A stretch of 64,000 nt of DNA from an uncultured Planctomycetia bacterium. Its GTDB lineage: Bacteria; Omnitrophota; Gorgyraeia; 2-02-FULL-51-18. Both the position numbers and the translations under genes were made by a program. The notes beneath the pieces are model-generated. The model was not told the DNA's origin. It was given only the letters and a program-made list of their open reading frames with translations, and did not search any database. The stretch's first letter is position 1. Each line of letters opens with the position of its first letter. This document shows positions 48,818 through 58,865 of this stretch, piece by piece. The stretch is taken from assembly GCA_964642015.1 (NCBI GenBank), contig CAZXLF010000007.1:11964-75963 (forward strand). Reading direction: 5' to 3'.

Positions 48818-49318
48818 ATGCGGCTGAAAAACTCCATAACCCTTTCTGTGTTAATATATAAAGAAATGACAGATACCAAACGCCGCGATACGATCATTAC
48901 GATATTCGTCATTCTCTGGATCGGTCTCTTTTATTACGAATCCGTGCGCTATAATTATTTGAATCCTATTTGTCACCGAGAACTTCCGAAATGTAAATTC
49001 CTTTTTCCTCCAGCAGGCTGGATCATGTTCTTTCAGGTTGGCCAAACAGAAGTGCATTGCGAAGTTTATGGGCAAAAAGATGGAAAACTCGAGTTGATCG
49101 ATCCTCATAAAATTTTCCCGAATCATTGGCTAGGTTATGACAACATCCGGCGTAACGTATTAATAACAGCTCTTGATCCTGATTATTCCGCATCATTTTG
49201 TGAATACCTGAAGCGAAAATTTCCGGAATACGAGACATTTGCAGTCACTGAAGCGATCTATCCTTCGGTCACACAGTATAGGGACAAAAAAATCTTAAAG
49301 CTGGCTTACAAATGTTAG
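48818..49318 (+). CDS. hypothetical protein translationally coupled to the HTTM-DCC gene
   Basis: 166-aa ORF with one TM segment (IITIFVILWIGLFYY) and conserved-looking Cys/His/Trp residues. Its stop overlaps the downstream start by 7 nt. Confidence 0.5.
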   Translation: MRLKNSITLSVLIYKEMTDTKRRDTIITIFVILWIGLFYYESVRYNYLNPICHRELPKCKFLFPPAGWIMFFQVGQTEVHCEVYGQKDGKLELIDPHKIFPNHWLGYDNIRRNVLITALDPDYSASFCEYLKRKFPEYETFAVTEAIYPSVTQYRDKKILKLAYKC

Positions 49319-50604
49319 AAAAAATAAAGATCCTTTGGAATAAAGCTTTTCTGGAAGAGCGTCCGTCGATCAGTCTTTCATTATTCAGACCGTTCGTGGC
49401 TTTCACGGTGGGTGCGCATGTTATTCCCACGCTTCTGCATATGCAGGACAATTATCTTGCCGGAAGTTTCCGAGAGAAAAACCCCTCTTTTTTTACAATC
49501 GGCGCGCTCGTCCTTGTCGATAAAAGTCCTGATTGGCTAGTATATTTCTTCACGGTCCTTTTCTATGTGTCTCTTTCTTTCTTTTTCGTGGGATTTTTTT
49601 CTCAAATTTCGTGTATCCTTCTGATGCTGTGCCTTTACTTTTTTTATGCGCTGAATTCGCTTCACATCGGCACATTATCATTCGATATCTTGCTCGTGAC
49701 CATGTTTCTCATGTGCATTACCGATTATCCCGGAGATCATTTTTCAGTCGATGCATTGCTAAGCGCAGGTTCTTTAACCTACAAAAAGAAAAAGCCTTTT
49801 TTTGTACAGCGGCTTTTGCAACTCCAAATTGCATCTACTTATTTTTTCACAGCGCTCTGTAAATTCACCGCCAGAGGCAATTGGCTCCTAGATAACCCAA
49901 TCTACTATCTTTTGAACTCACCGCCCGACAGCGTCGTGAAACACTTCCCTCTGCGCGAATTTTTCGCGGGGCAGCCGACCTTATGCTATTTCATTGGAAT
50001 CTCGATAATCTTGTCTGAAATCTCGATGCCGTTCCTGCTTTTCGCTAAACGTACGAGAATATTTGGAATCATCATGGGATTCTTTTTTCACATCATGCTG
50101 ATCATCACGCTCCATGTGCCGACGATATTCTTTTTCCTTTTTCCTCCGCAGCTTCTTTTATTCATCGAACCTGAAAAGATCGTTGCTTTCATTGATAAAA
50201 AAAGAGAGCGGAACATATCGGAAAAGCAAGATACCGTGATCTTTGATGGTCACTGCCAATTCTGCGTGGGCAGTGTTCAAAAATTACAGTCGCTGGATCT
50301 TTTCGGAAAAACAAAGCTATTAGATTACCAGACTTATGAAGATATTTCTTCCTTTGATAATCGGCTCACGAAGGAAAAATGCCACAGTCAAATGCAGGTT
50401 GTGACGGCCGACGGCAGGCTTTTCGGAGGGTTTTATGCGTTCAGATATTTATCGCTAAGGCTTGTGCTTCTTTGGATACTAGTGCCTTTGTTCTATTCTC
50501 CCGGCTTCCAGTGGATCGGGAACACGGCTTATGATTTTATCGCCAAAAACCGTTATCTTTTTCACCGAAAAGGATCCTGCAATAACAACCACTGCTTCAG
50601 ATAA
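49312..50604 (+). CDS. HTTM (vitamin K-dependent gamma-carboxylase-like) domain fused to a DCC-family thiol-disulfide oxidoreductase domain (DUF393)
   Basis: The N-terminal ~300 aa form a polytopic HTTM-like domain. The C-terminal region TVIFDGHCQFCVGSVQKL carries the FDGxCxxC motif of DCC proteins. Confidence 0.75.
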   Translation: MLEKIKILWNKAFLEERPSISLSLFRPFVAFTVGAHVIPTLLHMQDNYLAGSFREKNPSFFTIGALVLVDKSPDWLVYFFTVLFYVSLSFFFVGFFSQISCILLMLCLYFFYALNSLHIGTLSFDILLVTMFLMCITDYPGDHFSVDALLSAGSLTYKKKKPFFVQRLLQLQIASTYFFTALCKFTARGNWLLDNPIYYLLNSPPDSVVKHFPLREFFAGQPTLCYFIGISIILSEISMPFLLFAKRTRIFGIIMGFFFHIMLIITLHVPTIFFFLFPPQLLLFIEPEKIVAFIDKKRERNISEKQDTVIFDGHCQFCVGSVQKLQSLDLFGKTKLLDYQTYEDISSFDNRLTKEKCHSQMQVVTADGRLFGGFYAFRYLSLRLVLLWILVPLFYSPGFQWIGNTAYDFIAKNRYLFHRKGSCNNNHCFR

Positions 50605-50610
50605 ACTAAT

Positions 50611-51786
50611 TTACCTTTTATCTGAGGTTGAGAGTAAAACACCGGCAAGCTGCTCGCTTTTTTCTAAGCTTCCATAATGCAGGACAACGCAAGAGCGAGG
50701 ATCGGAATCTTCACAGATCTTGAATTGATCTTGAAAGATCTCCGGTGAACGCGACAACGCGTAAGCTCCGACTGCGATATTCACCTTTTTCAGATCCCCC
50801 GTCTTGATCTTGGCGTTCTCTATGTACTTTTCAAAATCCGGAACATTTTTGGCATAACACATCAGCGTCACAAAATCCACGAGCCCTTTCTCAAGCCAGA
50901 ATTTCCAATCCTGAAAAGCCTCAAGAGACGCGCGTGAATACGGCATAAGTCCTGTCGTGGAAATCTGAACATCCGGCTGGATCGTGTGGATCTTTTTAGT
51001 CAGCGCCCGTAAAAGACCTGTGACCTGTTCATATTTCCACCTTTTCCATTCGGGACTATTTTCCTTGATGGTTCTTCGGCCGGTCGCTTGTTTAAAACGT
51101 TCCATGTTGATCTTGGTATATCCGTAAGCCGGATGCATGTCAGGATAGCGGATATAATCGAACTGCATCCCATCGAGATTTGGATAGGTTTGAACGATCT
51201 CCGCGACAATATTGGAAAGCTCCTCTCTAACACGCGGGTCTCCGGGCTCAAGGAAATACTGGTCATCGATCTTATAGTCCTTGAGAGATCTTTTTTTCTT
51301 CGTGTTCCTTGTAAGGATCTCAGGCCCGTATTTTTTTAATATCGGGGCGTTCGCATTGGCGCTCAGACTTAGCAGGTTCAGCCAAGCATGCACTTCAATG
51401 CCGGAAGCGTGGGCTTTTTTGATCAGCAGACGAAACGGGTCTTCTGAAATATCGTTAAAACATTCTTCATAAGGGCTCGGATCCGCGAATTTAGAAGGGA
51501 ACCACGCTTTGTTGGCGCGATACACCTGCACGAATAGCGTATCCACATGACTTTTTTTCGAGAAATCGATCAGGCGGTCCATTTCTTCGCGGCTTGAAAA
51601 AATGACCGGATCTTGGACTACGGAAACAAAAAGCGCTCGGCGAGAACGCACTTCAGGCTGAGCGAAAGCGGGCAAAACAAATATGAGAGAAAAAAAACAG
51701 ACAGAAGTAATAAAACAAATTAAAAATTTCGAAGAGCCGGAATTTTTCTTACGTTTAAGATCGGTTTGTCTTAAACAAATTCCCAC
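50611..51786 (-). CDS. GHL10 (glycoside-hydrolase-like family 10, YngK/DUF4015-like) secreted protein
   Basis: A signal peptide is present. A TIM-barrel-like stretch (VDTLFVQVYRANKAWFPS...GIEVHAWLNL...LDGMQFDYIRYP) matches GHL10. Confidence 0.65.
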   Translation of the reverse strand: MGICLRQTDLKRKKNSGSSKFLICFITSVCFFSLIFVLPAFAQPEVRSRRALFVSVVQDPVIFSSREEMDRLIDFSKKSHVDTLFVQVYRANKAWFPSKFADPSPYEECFNDISEDPFRLLIKKAHASGIEVHAWLNLLSLSANANAPILKKYGPEILTRNTKKKRSLKDYKIDDQYFLEPGDPRVREELSNIVAEIVQTYPNLDGMQFDYIRYPDMHPAYGYTKINMERFKQATGRRTIKENSPEWKRWKYEQVTGLLRALTKKIHTIQPDVQISTTGLMPYSRASLEAFQDWKFWLEKGLVDFVTLMCYAKNVPDFEKYIENAKIKTGDLKKVNIAVGAYALSRSPEIFQDQFKICEDSDPRSCVVLHYGSLEKSEQLAGVLLSTSDKR

Positions 51787-51792
51787 GTCGGA

Positions 51793-54564
51793 TCAGCCCG
51801 TACTTTTCATTCCAAAAGCGATACCGTTAACGGTCAAAAGCAGGATCTCACGAATAAGTCTTTGATCAGCTTCTTTTTCAGAAACAAAACTATCTTTCCT
51901 GACTTCATCCAGAAATCTAAGCTGAATATAATTAAGAGGATCGACGTAAGGGTTCCTGACCCGGATGGATTCCTTCAGGACAGGATTAAAATCAATCAAT
52001 TCTTTATGCGAAGAGATCTTAAGCACTTGATCCAACGTGCGTTCATACTCCATCGAAATTTGCCCATGGATCCTATCACGCAGCTGTTGATCTTTGACCA
52101 AGTTTCCATATTGCGCAGCAATGTAGAGATCTGTCTTGGCCAGTGAGATCTGCGCATTATTGATCACCGAACGGAAAAATGGCCATTCGTTGTACATTTC
52201 CTGAAGTTCGGCGAGCGCAGAATCGCCTCTTTCCTTAAGATAATTCTCCAATGCGTAACCGATACCATACCATGCGGAGATAATGTACCTGGATTGTATC
52301 CAACTAAAAACCCACGGGATCGCCCGTAAATCCTCAAATGCTTTTTTTTCACCTCGTCGCGCAGGCCGTGAACCGATCCGAGCGAACTCAAGGACCTGGA
52401 TTGGCGTGGCTTGATTGTAAAAATCAAGAAAGCCCTCTGTCCGAAATATAAGTTTTCGGTAAAAATCGAACGAATAACCCGAAATGAGTTCCATTTGTGT
52501 TTCCCAAACAGGGATCTTCGAATTTTTTTGCACTTCCTGTTTACTGACGAGATTTGTCCAAAGCACCGCCGAGATCAACTGTTCCAGATTCCGCTCAGCG
52601 ATCACGGCATTGGAATATTTTTGAGCGACCACTTCACCTTGTTCGGTGACTTTGATATAACCATTTGCGGCAGCGAAAGGTTGAGCCAAAATAGCCTTAT
52701 GTGATTCCCCGCCTCCGCGGTCGATCGTCCCACCTTTGCCGTGAAATATTTGAAGTTTAATCTTGTGCTTTTCGGCTACCTCAACAAGTTTTTTCTCAGC
52801 GGAATATAATTTCCAATTCGCCGCCAAATAGCCACCGTCCTTGCTGCTATCAGAATAACCAAGCATCACTTGCTGGCAATGATCTCTGCCGGCAAGATAA
52901 GAACGGTAAACAGGTATCGAAAAAAGATGATCTATCACCTGATGACACTTTTCAAGCGCATCGATCGATTCGAAAAGAGGCACGATACCGATATGGGCGT
53001 CTTTTACTTTTGATTTTTCGATGCGTATCAGTCCCGTTGTTTTTGCCAAATAAAAAAGTGAAAGCACATCGTTTGGGCCTTCGGTCATGCTGATGATGTA
53101 ATCATCTACAATATGTTCATCTTCATATTCATGAAGGTCATACATCGTCGAAAGCTGATCCAAAATGTCCTTGGATTCCGGCGATAGATTGGAACGCCGA
53201 ACACGCTTGGATTTTTTTAAAATCTTTCCTACGATCGATTGTTCATCCAGATCTTCTCCTGGGAAAATTTCCGATATGGTCTTACGAATCTTTTTGCTGT
53301 GGTCACGAAAATCCAGTTTTGCCAAATAAAAACCAAATGTGCGTATCTGCCTGATCAGATGGTCTAAATTGCTCGCGGTTGAAAAATAGCCTTTATGCGC
53401 TTCAAGACTATGCTTTATCAGCAAAATTTCTTTCAAAAAATCCTCTTCAGAGGAATAACGCGGTTTTTTCCTTAAAAAAGTATTTTCAAGTTTCTGATAG
53501 ATAAAAGAAAATTTTTTCCGATAAACTTCGCCGGGTTCGAATCTCTCCAATTTCTTGGCTAGAAGACGCATTTGTTTTGCATCGCGCTCAAGGGAACTCA
53601 AAAGCTCAGGGCTGACTTTGACAAGAAGGACAGATTGGCTGAAAGTAAGCATCAGTTTTTCAACCGCCGCCTGATAAATCTTAAAAATAAGACGCCTTTG
53701 TGTTAAAGCAGTCTGGCGCGTCACCTTGCAGGTCACGCTTGGATTTCCATCCCTGTCCGCCCCTACCCAAGACCCGAAGCGGACAAATGGCATTATCTTT
53801 TCGTGGTCAGAACCATAAAATCTGCCGTATTCATCCAGCGCCTTCTTATGAAGTGTGGGAATAAGATCTAAAATGGTCCTTTGAAAATAAAAAAGTGTCT
53901 GGTCCACTTCATCGATAACCTCCACTTTCCTTTGACGGATCTCAGTAGTCTGCCAAAGAATTTCAAGAGTTCCCTTGATATTCCTAGTCAAAGCTTCGCT
54001 TTCCGAGACGGTGATGTCCGATTGATCATGCTGTGCCAAATTCGATCCAATGGTCAAGAGATGATCCAATACCGTTCGGCGCTTGGTTTCTGTCGGATGC
54101 GCGGTCAGAACCAGATTAATCTCCGATTGAGACATCAGCTTCAATATTCTGTCGCCGGATACTCCCTTTTCATGCAGGTCATGGAACAGTTTTCTCAAAG
54201 ACATGTCCTGAAAAAGAGAAGTGTCTTTTTCATACTGGCGGATCCGTCTGACGCGTTGTCTTTCTTCCGCAATATTGACGAGCTGAAAGTAGATCGTGAA
54301 AGCCCTGGCAATTTTGTAGGCCTCTTCGGTTTCCAGAGAATGGATGATCTTTTGGACTTCCGCGATGAGTTCCGATTTAGAATTTTCTCTGATTTCCTTG
54401 GCAATCTTCCGTATCTTTTCTACTTTCAGAAAAAGCGCTTCGCCCTCCTGCTCACGGATCACATCTCCCAGTAGAGTCGTAAGAAATCGGACATCCTTTT
54501 TTAGATCCGAAAAAGTGTTTTCTTTTTGAGTTTTTTCCTTCATGACAAGCTCACTTGATTTCAC
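51793..54564 (-). CDS. ppc: phosphoenolpyruvate carboxylase
   Basis: VLTAHPTE, GYSDSSKDGG and FHGRGGTIDRGGG motifs are present. Length 923 aa with a C-terminal ...MKSTG. Confidence 0.95.
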   Translation of the reverse strand: MKSSELVMKEKTQKENTFSDLKKDVRFLTTLLGDVIREQEGEALFLKVEKIRKIAKEIRENSKSELIAEVQKIIHSLETEEAYKIARAFTIYFQLVNIAEERQRVRRIRQYEKDTSLFQDMSLRKLFHDLHEKGVSGDRILKLMSQSEINLVLTAHPTETKRRTVLDHLLTIGSNLAQHDQSDITVSESEALTRNIKGTLEILWQTTEIRQRKVEVIDEVDQTLFYFQRTILDLIPTLHKKALDEYGRFYGSDHEKIMPFVRFGSWVGADRDGNPSVTCKVTRQTALTQRRLIFKIYQAAVEKLMLTFSQSVLLVKVSPELLSSLERDAKQMRLLAKKLERFEPGEVYRKKFSFIYQKLENTFLRKKPRYSSEEDFLKEILLIKHSLEAHKGYFSTASNLDHLIRQIRTFGFYLAKLDFRDHSKKIRKTISEIFPGEDLDEQSIVGKILKKSKRVRRSNLSPESKDILDQLSTMYDLHEYEDEHIVDDYIISMTEGPNDVLSLFYLAKTTGLIRIEKSKVKDAHIGIVPLFESIDALEKCHQVIDHLFSIPVYRSYLAGRDHCQQVMLGYSDSSKDGGYLAANWKLYSAEKKLVEVAEKHKIKLQIFHGKGGTIDRGGGESHKAILAQPFAAANGYIKVTEQGEVVAQKYSNAVIAERNLEQLISAVLWTNLVSKQEVQKNSKIPVWETQMELISGYSFDFYRKLIFRTEGFLDFYNQATPIQVLEFARIGSRPARRGEKKAFEDLRAIPWVFSWIQSRYIISAWYGIGYALENYLKERGDSALAELQEMYNEWPFFRSVINNAQISLAKTDLYIAAQYGNLVKDQQLRDRIHGQISMEYERTLDQVLKISSHKELIDFNPVLKESIRVRNPYVDPLNYIQLRFLDEVRKDSFVSEKEADQRLIREILLLTVNGIAFGMKSTG

Positions 54565-54658
54565 GTCATCCTCAAGGATTACATGTATCGTATATTTATT
54601 GGCACAACAATAGCATTGTTAATCTAAAATGCCAAATAAATACCGATATAGACAGTTA

Positions 54659-55771
54659 CTAGCGGCGGGCTTCGAAAATTCGGTTGAAAGGTGTTTGTGT
54701 CGCGCGGCGAAAATGTCTGAAGCCTCCCGCCAACACGACCTTTTTGATCACCTCTTCGGTCGCTACAGCACCGAGTGCCGGACCGTTTTGAGCCATAGAA
54801 TTCGAGGTGCAGCAGAGTGTCGAGGCTGCCGAAAAAGTCCGGCCTATCGGATTAAAATTTTCCTCTACTGTATTTCCCGCCATCGGCTCGACGATCAACA
54901 CACTGCCATCTTTTGCCAAGGTCTTGCAGGCGCGTTTGGCAGCGCTTAGCGGATCACCCATGTCGTGTAAACAATCAAAAAACGCGATCATGTCATATTG
55001 ATTATCAGGAAAATTTTTTGCGTCAGCCGCTTTAAATGTGACGCGGTTCGCTACCCCAGCCTTGGCTGCTGAGCGGCGCGCATGCTGAATGGAAGCATCA
55101 TGGTTATCGAATCCAAAAAAATGCGATTTGGGATACGCTTTCGCCATCAGTATCGTCGAAGCGCCGTGACCGCATCCAATATCAGCAACTTTTGCTCCTT
55201 TTTTTAATTTGTCTTCGATCCCGCTAAGCGCAGGGATCCATTCTTTAACCAAATGAGTCGCATACCCGGGGCGAAAGAATCTCTCGGTGCCTATAAAAAG
55301 ATCTGGATCATGCTCACCCCAAAGAATACCGCCGCCTTTTTGAAAATGAGACGCAATACGTTCTTGGGCACGAAGCATCGCTTTGATCACATAAAAACCG
55401 CCGGCAACATAAAACGGACTATTTTCATCGGTCAACGCAACCGCTTGTTCATCAGGAAGACGGTATTTGCCAATTTGAGCATCATACTCGACATAACCGC
55501 TTGCGGCCTGATTGATCAGCCACTCCCGTACATAACGTTCCACTGTTTTGGTGCGTTTTGCCAACTCCGCAGGAGTGAGAAATCCCGCACCGGCCATAGC
55601 TTTGTACAAACCCTGCTTAATCCCTATATACACAAGGCCCGAGCTTAAAGCCGCTCCAAAATCCCCTATGACTTTTCCCAAAAAGGCGTGTAATTTTTCT
55701 TGATTTACCGATTGAGCGGAGTTTGCGCGGATTTTTTTGTTCGTTTTAGGCGCTGCAACGACTGTAGCCAT
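54659..55771 (-). CDS. class I SAM-dependent methyltransferase with an N-terminal winged-helix dimerisation domain (O-methyltransferase-like)
   Basis: Motif I is VADIGCGHGAST. The acidic motif II is MIAFFDCLHDMGDP. The N-terminal ~100 aa are helical. Confidence 0.8.
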   Translation of the reverse strand: MATVVAAPKTNKKIRANSAQSVNQEKLHAFLGKVIGDFGAALSSGLVYIGIKQGLYKAMAGAGFLTPAELAKRTKTVERYVREWLINQAASGYVEYDAQIGKYRLPDEQAVALTDENSPFYVAGGFYVIKAMLRAQERIASHFQKGGGILWGEHDPDLFIGTERFFRPGYATHLVKEWIPALSGIEDKLKKGAKVADIGCGHGASTILMAKAYPKSHFFGFDNHDASIQHARRSAAKAGVANRVTFKAADAKNFPDNQYDMIAFFDCLHDMGDPLSAAKRACKTLAKDGSVLIVEPMAGNTVEENFNPIGRTFSAASTLCCTSNSMAQNGPALGAVATEEVIKKVVLAGGFRHFRRATQTPFNRIFEARR

Positions 55772-56991
55772 GGAAATCTCCTCGTTTGATCGCTTTGATC
55801 TTGCATTTGTTTTTTGGCCATTTGACTTAAAAAAGGATCGTGTTTTTGTGGTTCGATAAAATCACATATATATTTCGAGAAACGGTTTATGAATTTATTG
55901 CGAAATTTAACATAAATACTTAATGGGACAAACTCGAAACCGAGTCTTTTCTTCGGATCATAATTCGTGCAGCCCATTTCATATGTCTTCATACCGTTGT
56001 CAAGACACCATTTCATCATATCTCTAAACCGTACAAAGTAAAGATGATAATTATAAGCGACCGCGTAATCTAACCCCAGGTAATAATCTAAAAAATGATC
56101 GCCTGAGATCAGGCAAAAAGCGAACGCAACGAGTTTTTGATCTATTCTCCACAAGAAAAATTTGGTCTCCGAAGGCATGTTTTCAGAGATCTTCGAGAAA
56201 AATTCCTTGGACATGACCTCAAATCCCATCTCGTGCCTTGAGATCATTTGACAATAAAGATCATAAGCTTCATCAAGTACGCCGTTCAAATGATCGCGCA
56301 CTTCAAGCTTAATAGGCACTCGCCCATCTACTTTCTTGAATTTCCTTTTCAGATCATAACGGGTCGGGTAACTCAATGACATCAGATATTCGTCAAAGTC
56401 CTTAAAACCAAGCGCTCTCATGGTATTCGGCAGGCTTTCAAACCGGTAATACCCATTGGTTTCAAGATCATGCAGTGCATCCGCATATTCTTTTCCGAAT
56501 TCTTTATACGCAACGATAAAAGTTTTCTCTTTTTCGGCGATGTTTTCAACGCATTTCCGAATGGCTTTCATTACCTTATCCGTGTCACCGGAAAAACCGA
56601 TTCTTCCCTGTCCGGTAGGCTGACCGCACATGAGAACCTTAAGATTCAAAAGCTTTGGAAACTTATTTTTTACGGCAACAAAAGCTGACTTCAAAAACCC
56701 CCGAAGAGTCGTATCGACCGGATATTCCATCAAAAAGCATGTCGCCGCGCCGGCCGGAATCCCCTCTTGATAAACCATGATGTAATAAAATGAAAATTGT
56801 TCAAGGTTTGATTCATCCAATGATTTGAAAAAACGGTAACCTTCCAACACATTAGGGTAAACGGCATTCCAATGCGCCGGATCGATATCTTCTATTTTCC
56901 TAAAAACTTTAGTAATGAAGCCGGATGAAGGACTTTGCGTTTCCAAAGGATCTGCATTGATTCTATTGATTGTACTTTCTAAGATAGGCAA
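55705..56991 (-). CDS. FemAB/BioF2-like GNAT-fold acyltransferase (DUF482/Acetyltransf_6-like)
   Basis: 428 aa. The C-terminal region YYLGLDYAVAYNYHLYFVRFRDMMKWCLDNGMKTYEMG resembles the FemAB-like GNAT core. This is an inferred family assignment. Confidence 0.5.
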   Translation of the reverse strand: MPILESTINRINADPLETQSPSSGFITKVFRKIEDIDPAHWNAVYPNVLEGYRFFKSLDESNLEQFSFYYIMVYQEGIPAGAATCFLMEYPVDTTLRGFLKSAFVAVKNKFPKLLNLKVLMCGQPTGQGRIGFSGDTDKVMKAIRKCVENIAEKEKTFIVAYKEFGKEYADALHDLETNGYYRFESLPNTMRALGFKDFDEYLMSLSYPTRYDLKRKFKKVDGRVPIKLEVRDHLNGVLDEAYDLYCQMISRHEMGFEVMSKEFFSKISENMPSETKFFLWRIDQKLVAFAFCLISGDHFLDYYLGLDYAVAYNYHLYFVRFRDMMKWCLDNGMKTYEMGCTNYDPKKRLGFEFVPLSIYVKFRNKFINRFSKYICDFIEPQKHDPFLSQMAKKQMQDQSDQTRRFPWLQSLQRLKRTKKSAQTPLNR

Positions 56992-57938
56992 GAATAACCT
57001 CTAGATACAGAATTTTCCGACTCAATGGACGCAGGAATGTGCTTCGAAAATAGTGCGGGGCCGTTTCGCCCAAGCTTTCCAAAAAACTCATTCATTTTTC
57101 TCGCCACTTTCGTTCTTTCCTGGTCGGCAGTAATAATGTGGTACGAATTTTCCAGAAGGACTATTTCTTTCGACAAAGATGAAACCCTGTCATAAATGAA
57201 CCGGGCATTTTTGATGCTGGTCATATCATCATCTTTGGCTTGAATGATCTGTACGGGGACTTGGACCAAATCCAATTTTGCGGTCAAATGCTTGACCAAA
57301 AACCGCAGCTCACAAAGCAGAGTTACCGGGAAATAAGCATATCCGAATTGAGAAACCGATCCCATGTCATGCAACGAAGCATTGCTGAAATATTTATGGA
57401 CGCGCTCCCTGACCGCTTCATTCTTTATCCCATAAGGAGATTCTTCCTTGAAATAGAAAAAATGTTTAAGCGGGGTGAAATAAGCCAGCGGTAAAAGGTG
57501 CCTTGACCATGGCGTATTCCATCCATCATAAAAGAGCGTCGGTGAAAGACAACTCACAGCAGCGATCTGATCCTGAAATTCCTCCGCAAGAAGCAAAGCT
57601 AAAAGCGCTCCCATTGAAAGGCCCGCGACAAAAACCATGTCGTTTGGACTGGATTTCTTGACTCTCAAAAAATCCTGCCTGACCGATTCATAACATTCTT
57701 GCCATCTAGTTTTCTTGAGTATATGCAGCGGCTTTCCGTGATTGGCTAATCGGGGACAAGAAACGTTGTAACCTTTCTTGTGGAAAAATCCGGCTAAATA
57801 TTTCATTTCATTCGGAGTGCCGGTGAGACCATGGATCAAAATAATACTGGCGCCTTTACAGCCATTCAGATAAAGACCATTCTCCGAGGAAGGATTAAAA
57901 ATGGATTTTTTTATCGAAAGAGCGAATTTAACGGACAT
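56979..57938 (-). CDS. alpha/beta-hydrolase (esterase/lipase, monoacylglycerol-lipase-like)
   Basis: HGLTG is present, the nucleophile elbow is GLSMGALLA, and a downstream Asp/His lies in ENSYHI. Confidence 0.75.
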   Translation of the reverse strand: MSVKFALSIKKSIFNPSSENGLYLNGCKGASIILIHGLTGTPNEMKYLAGFFHKKGYNVSCPRLANHGKPLHILKKTRWQECYESVRQDFLRVKKSSPNDMVFVAGLSMGALLALLLAEEFQDQIAAVSCLSPTLFYDGWNTPWSRHLLPLAYFTPLKHFFYFKEESPYGIKNEAVRERVHKYFSNASLHDMGSVSQFGYAYFPVTLLCELRFLVKHLTAKLDLVQVPVQIIQAKDDDMTSIKNARFIYDRVSSLSKEIVLLENSYHIITADQERTKVARKMNEFFGKLGRNGPALFSKHIPASIESENSVSRGYSCLS

Positions 57939-57944
57939 GGCTGA

Positions 57945-58793
57945 TCAAAAAGTGTGTGTGACTTGCGCGCCGACCATATCTCCATCCGCGATCACGGAAA
58001 CCTGGTACCGCTTGTCATGATTGAAATGTACGATCTCTCTCCCAACAAATGTTCCGATCAGGGCCCCCGCCAGCACATCCGAAGCCCAGTGGGCTTGTCT
58101 CTCCATGCGAGCATAGCCTACCATGGACGCAACACCATAGGAACCTATTTTGATAAGAGGTGAATCATAGTGTTCGGCGATGACCGAAGCGACCGCAAAA
58201 GCCTGTGTTGTGTGACCTGAAGGGAAAGAGCCATTGTTGCTGAACGGAGAAAATTTATGCGGATTCGAATCCTGGCTTGGGCGCTTCCTCCCAACGATCA
58301 ATTTCAATGAAGGAGTAATTATCCCGGCTGCCACAGCGCTCGAAGCAAGTCCATCCTGAGCAATGGCACGGTCGTTATCATCTTTAAAAATAAGACCGCC
58401 GGCCTCAAAAGCGCCTAAAACAGCGAAAGAATACTCAGAGCCAAAAGGCTGAATATCTTTTGAAAAATCATCATTGGTCTTGGTCCTGTGTTTTTTAAAT
58501 TCTTTCTCTATAGGTTTATCGGCCCAAGCACCCACAGCGACCACCGTGCCGGATTCCACACCGGCTAAAATCCAATCTTTTTGGTCCCATCTGGCGGGAG
58601 AACTTAAAATATGCCATGAGTCGTCCAAAAGTAATTTTCCATACTCTGGCGAAATAAGATTTTCGACTTTAGATCCGCCTTCGGATGTTTTGGAGGCAGA
58701 GGGTGCTGCGGAATCGGCGTGAACTACTAATGACGCCAGGCAAAAATTGAAAAGAAACAGAAGTGTTACGGACTTTTTTAAATTGACTGTCAT
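57945..58793 (-). CDS. PAP2-family phosphatase, secreted or membrane-associated
   Basis: A signal peptide is present. The PAP2 motifs are KRPS..., PSGHT and RQAHWASDV. Confidence 0.75.
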   Translation of the reverse strand: MTVNLKKSVTLLFLFNFCLASLVVHADSAAPSASKTSEGGSKVENLISPEYGKLLLDDSWHILSSPARWDQKDWILAGVESGTVVAVGAWADKPIEKEFKKHRTKTNDDFSKDIQPFGSEYSFAVLGAFEAGGLIFKDDNDRAIAQDGLASSAVAAGIITPSLKLIVGRKRPSQDSNPHKFSPFSNNGSFPSGHTTQAFAVASVIAEHYDSPLIKIGSYGVASMVGYARMERQAHWASDVLAGALIGTFVGREIVHFNHDKRYQVSVIADGDMVGAQVTHTF

Positions 58794-58865
58794 GGGAAAA
58801 TAGTAGCAAAAACCACATGACAGAAACCTTACCGGATAATTACATTTTTGTTATCTGCGAAAATA

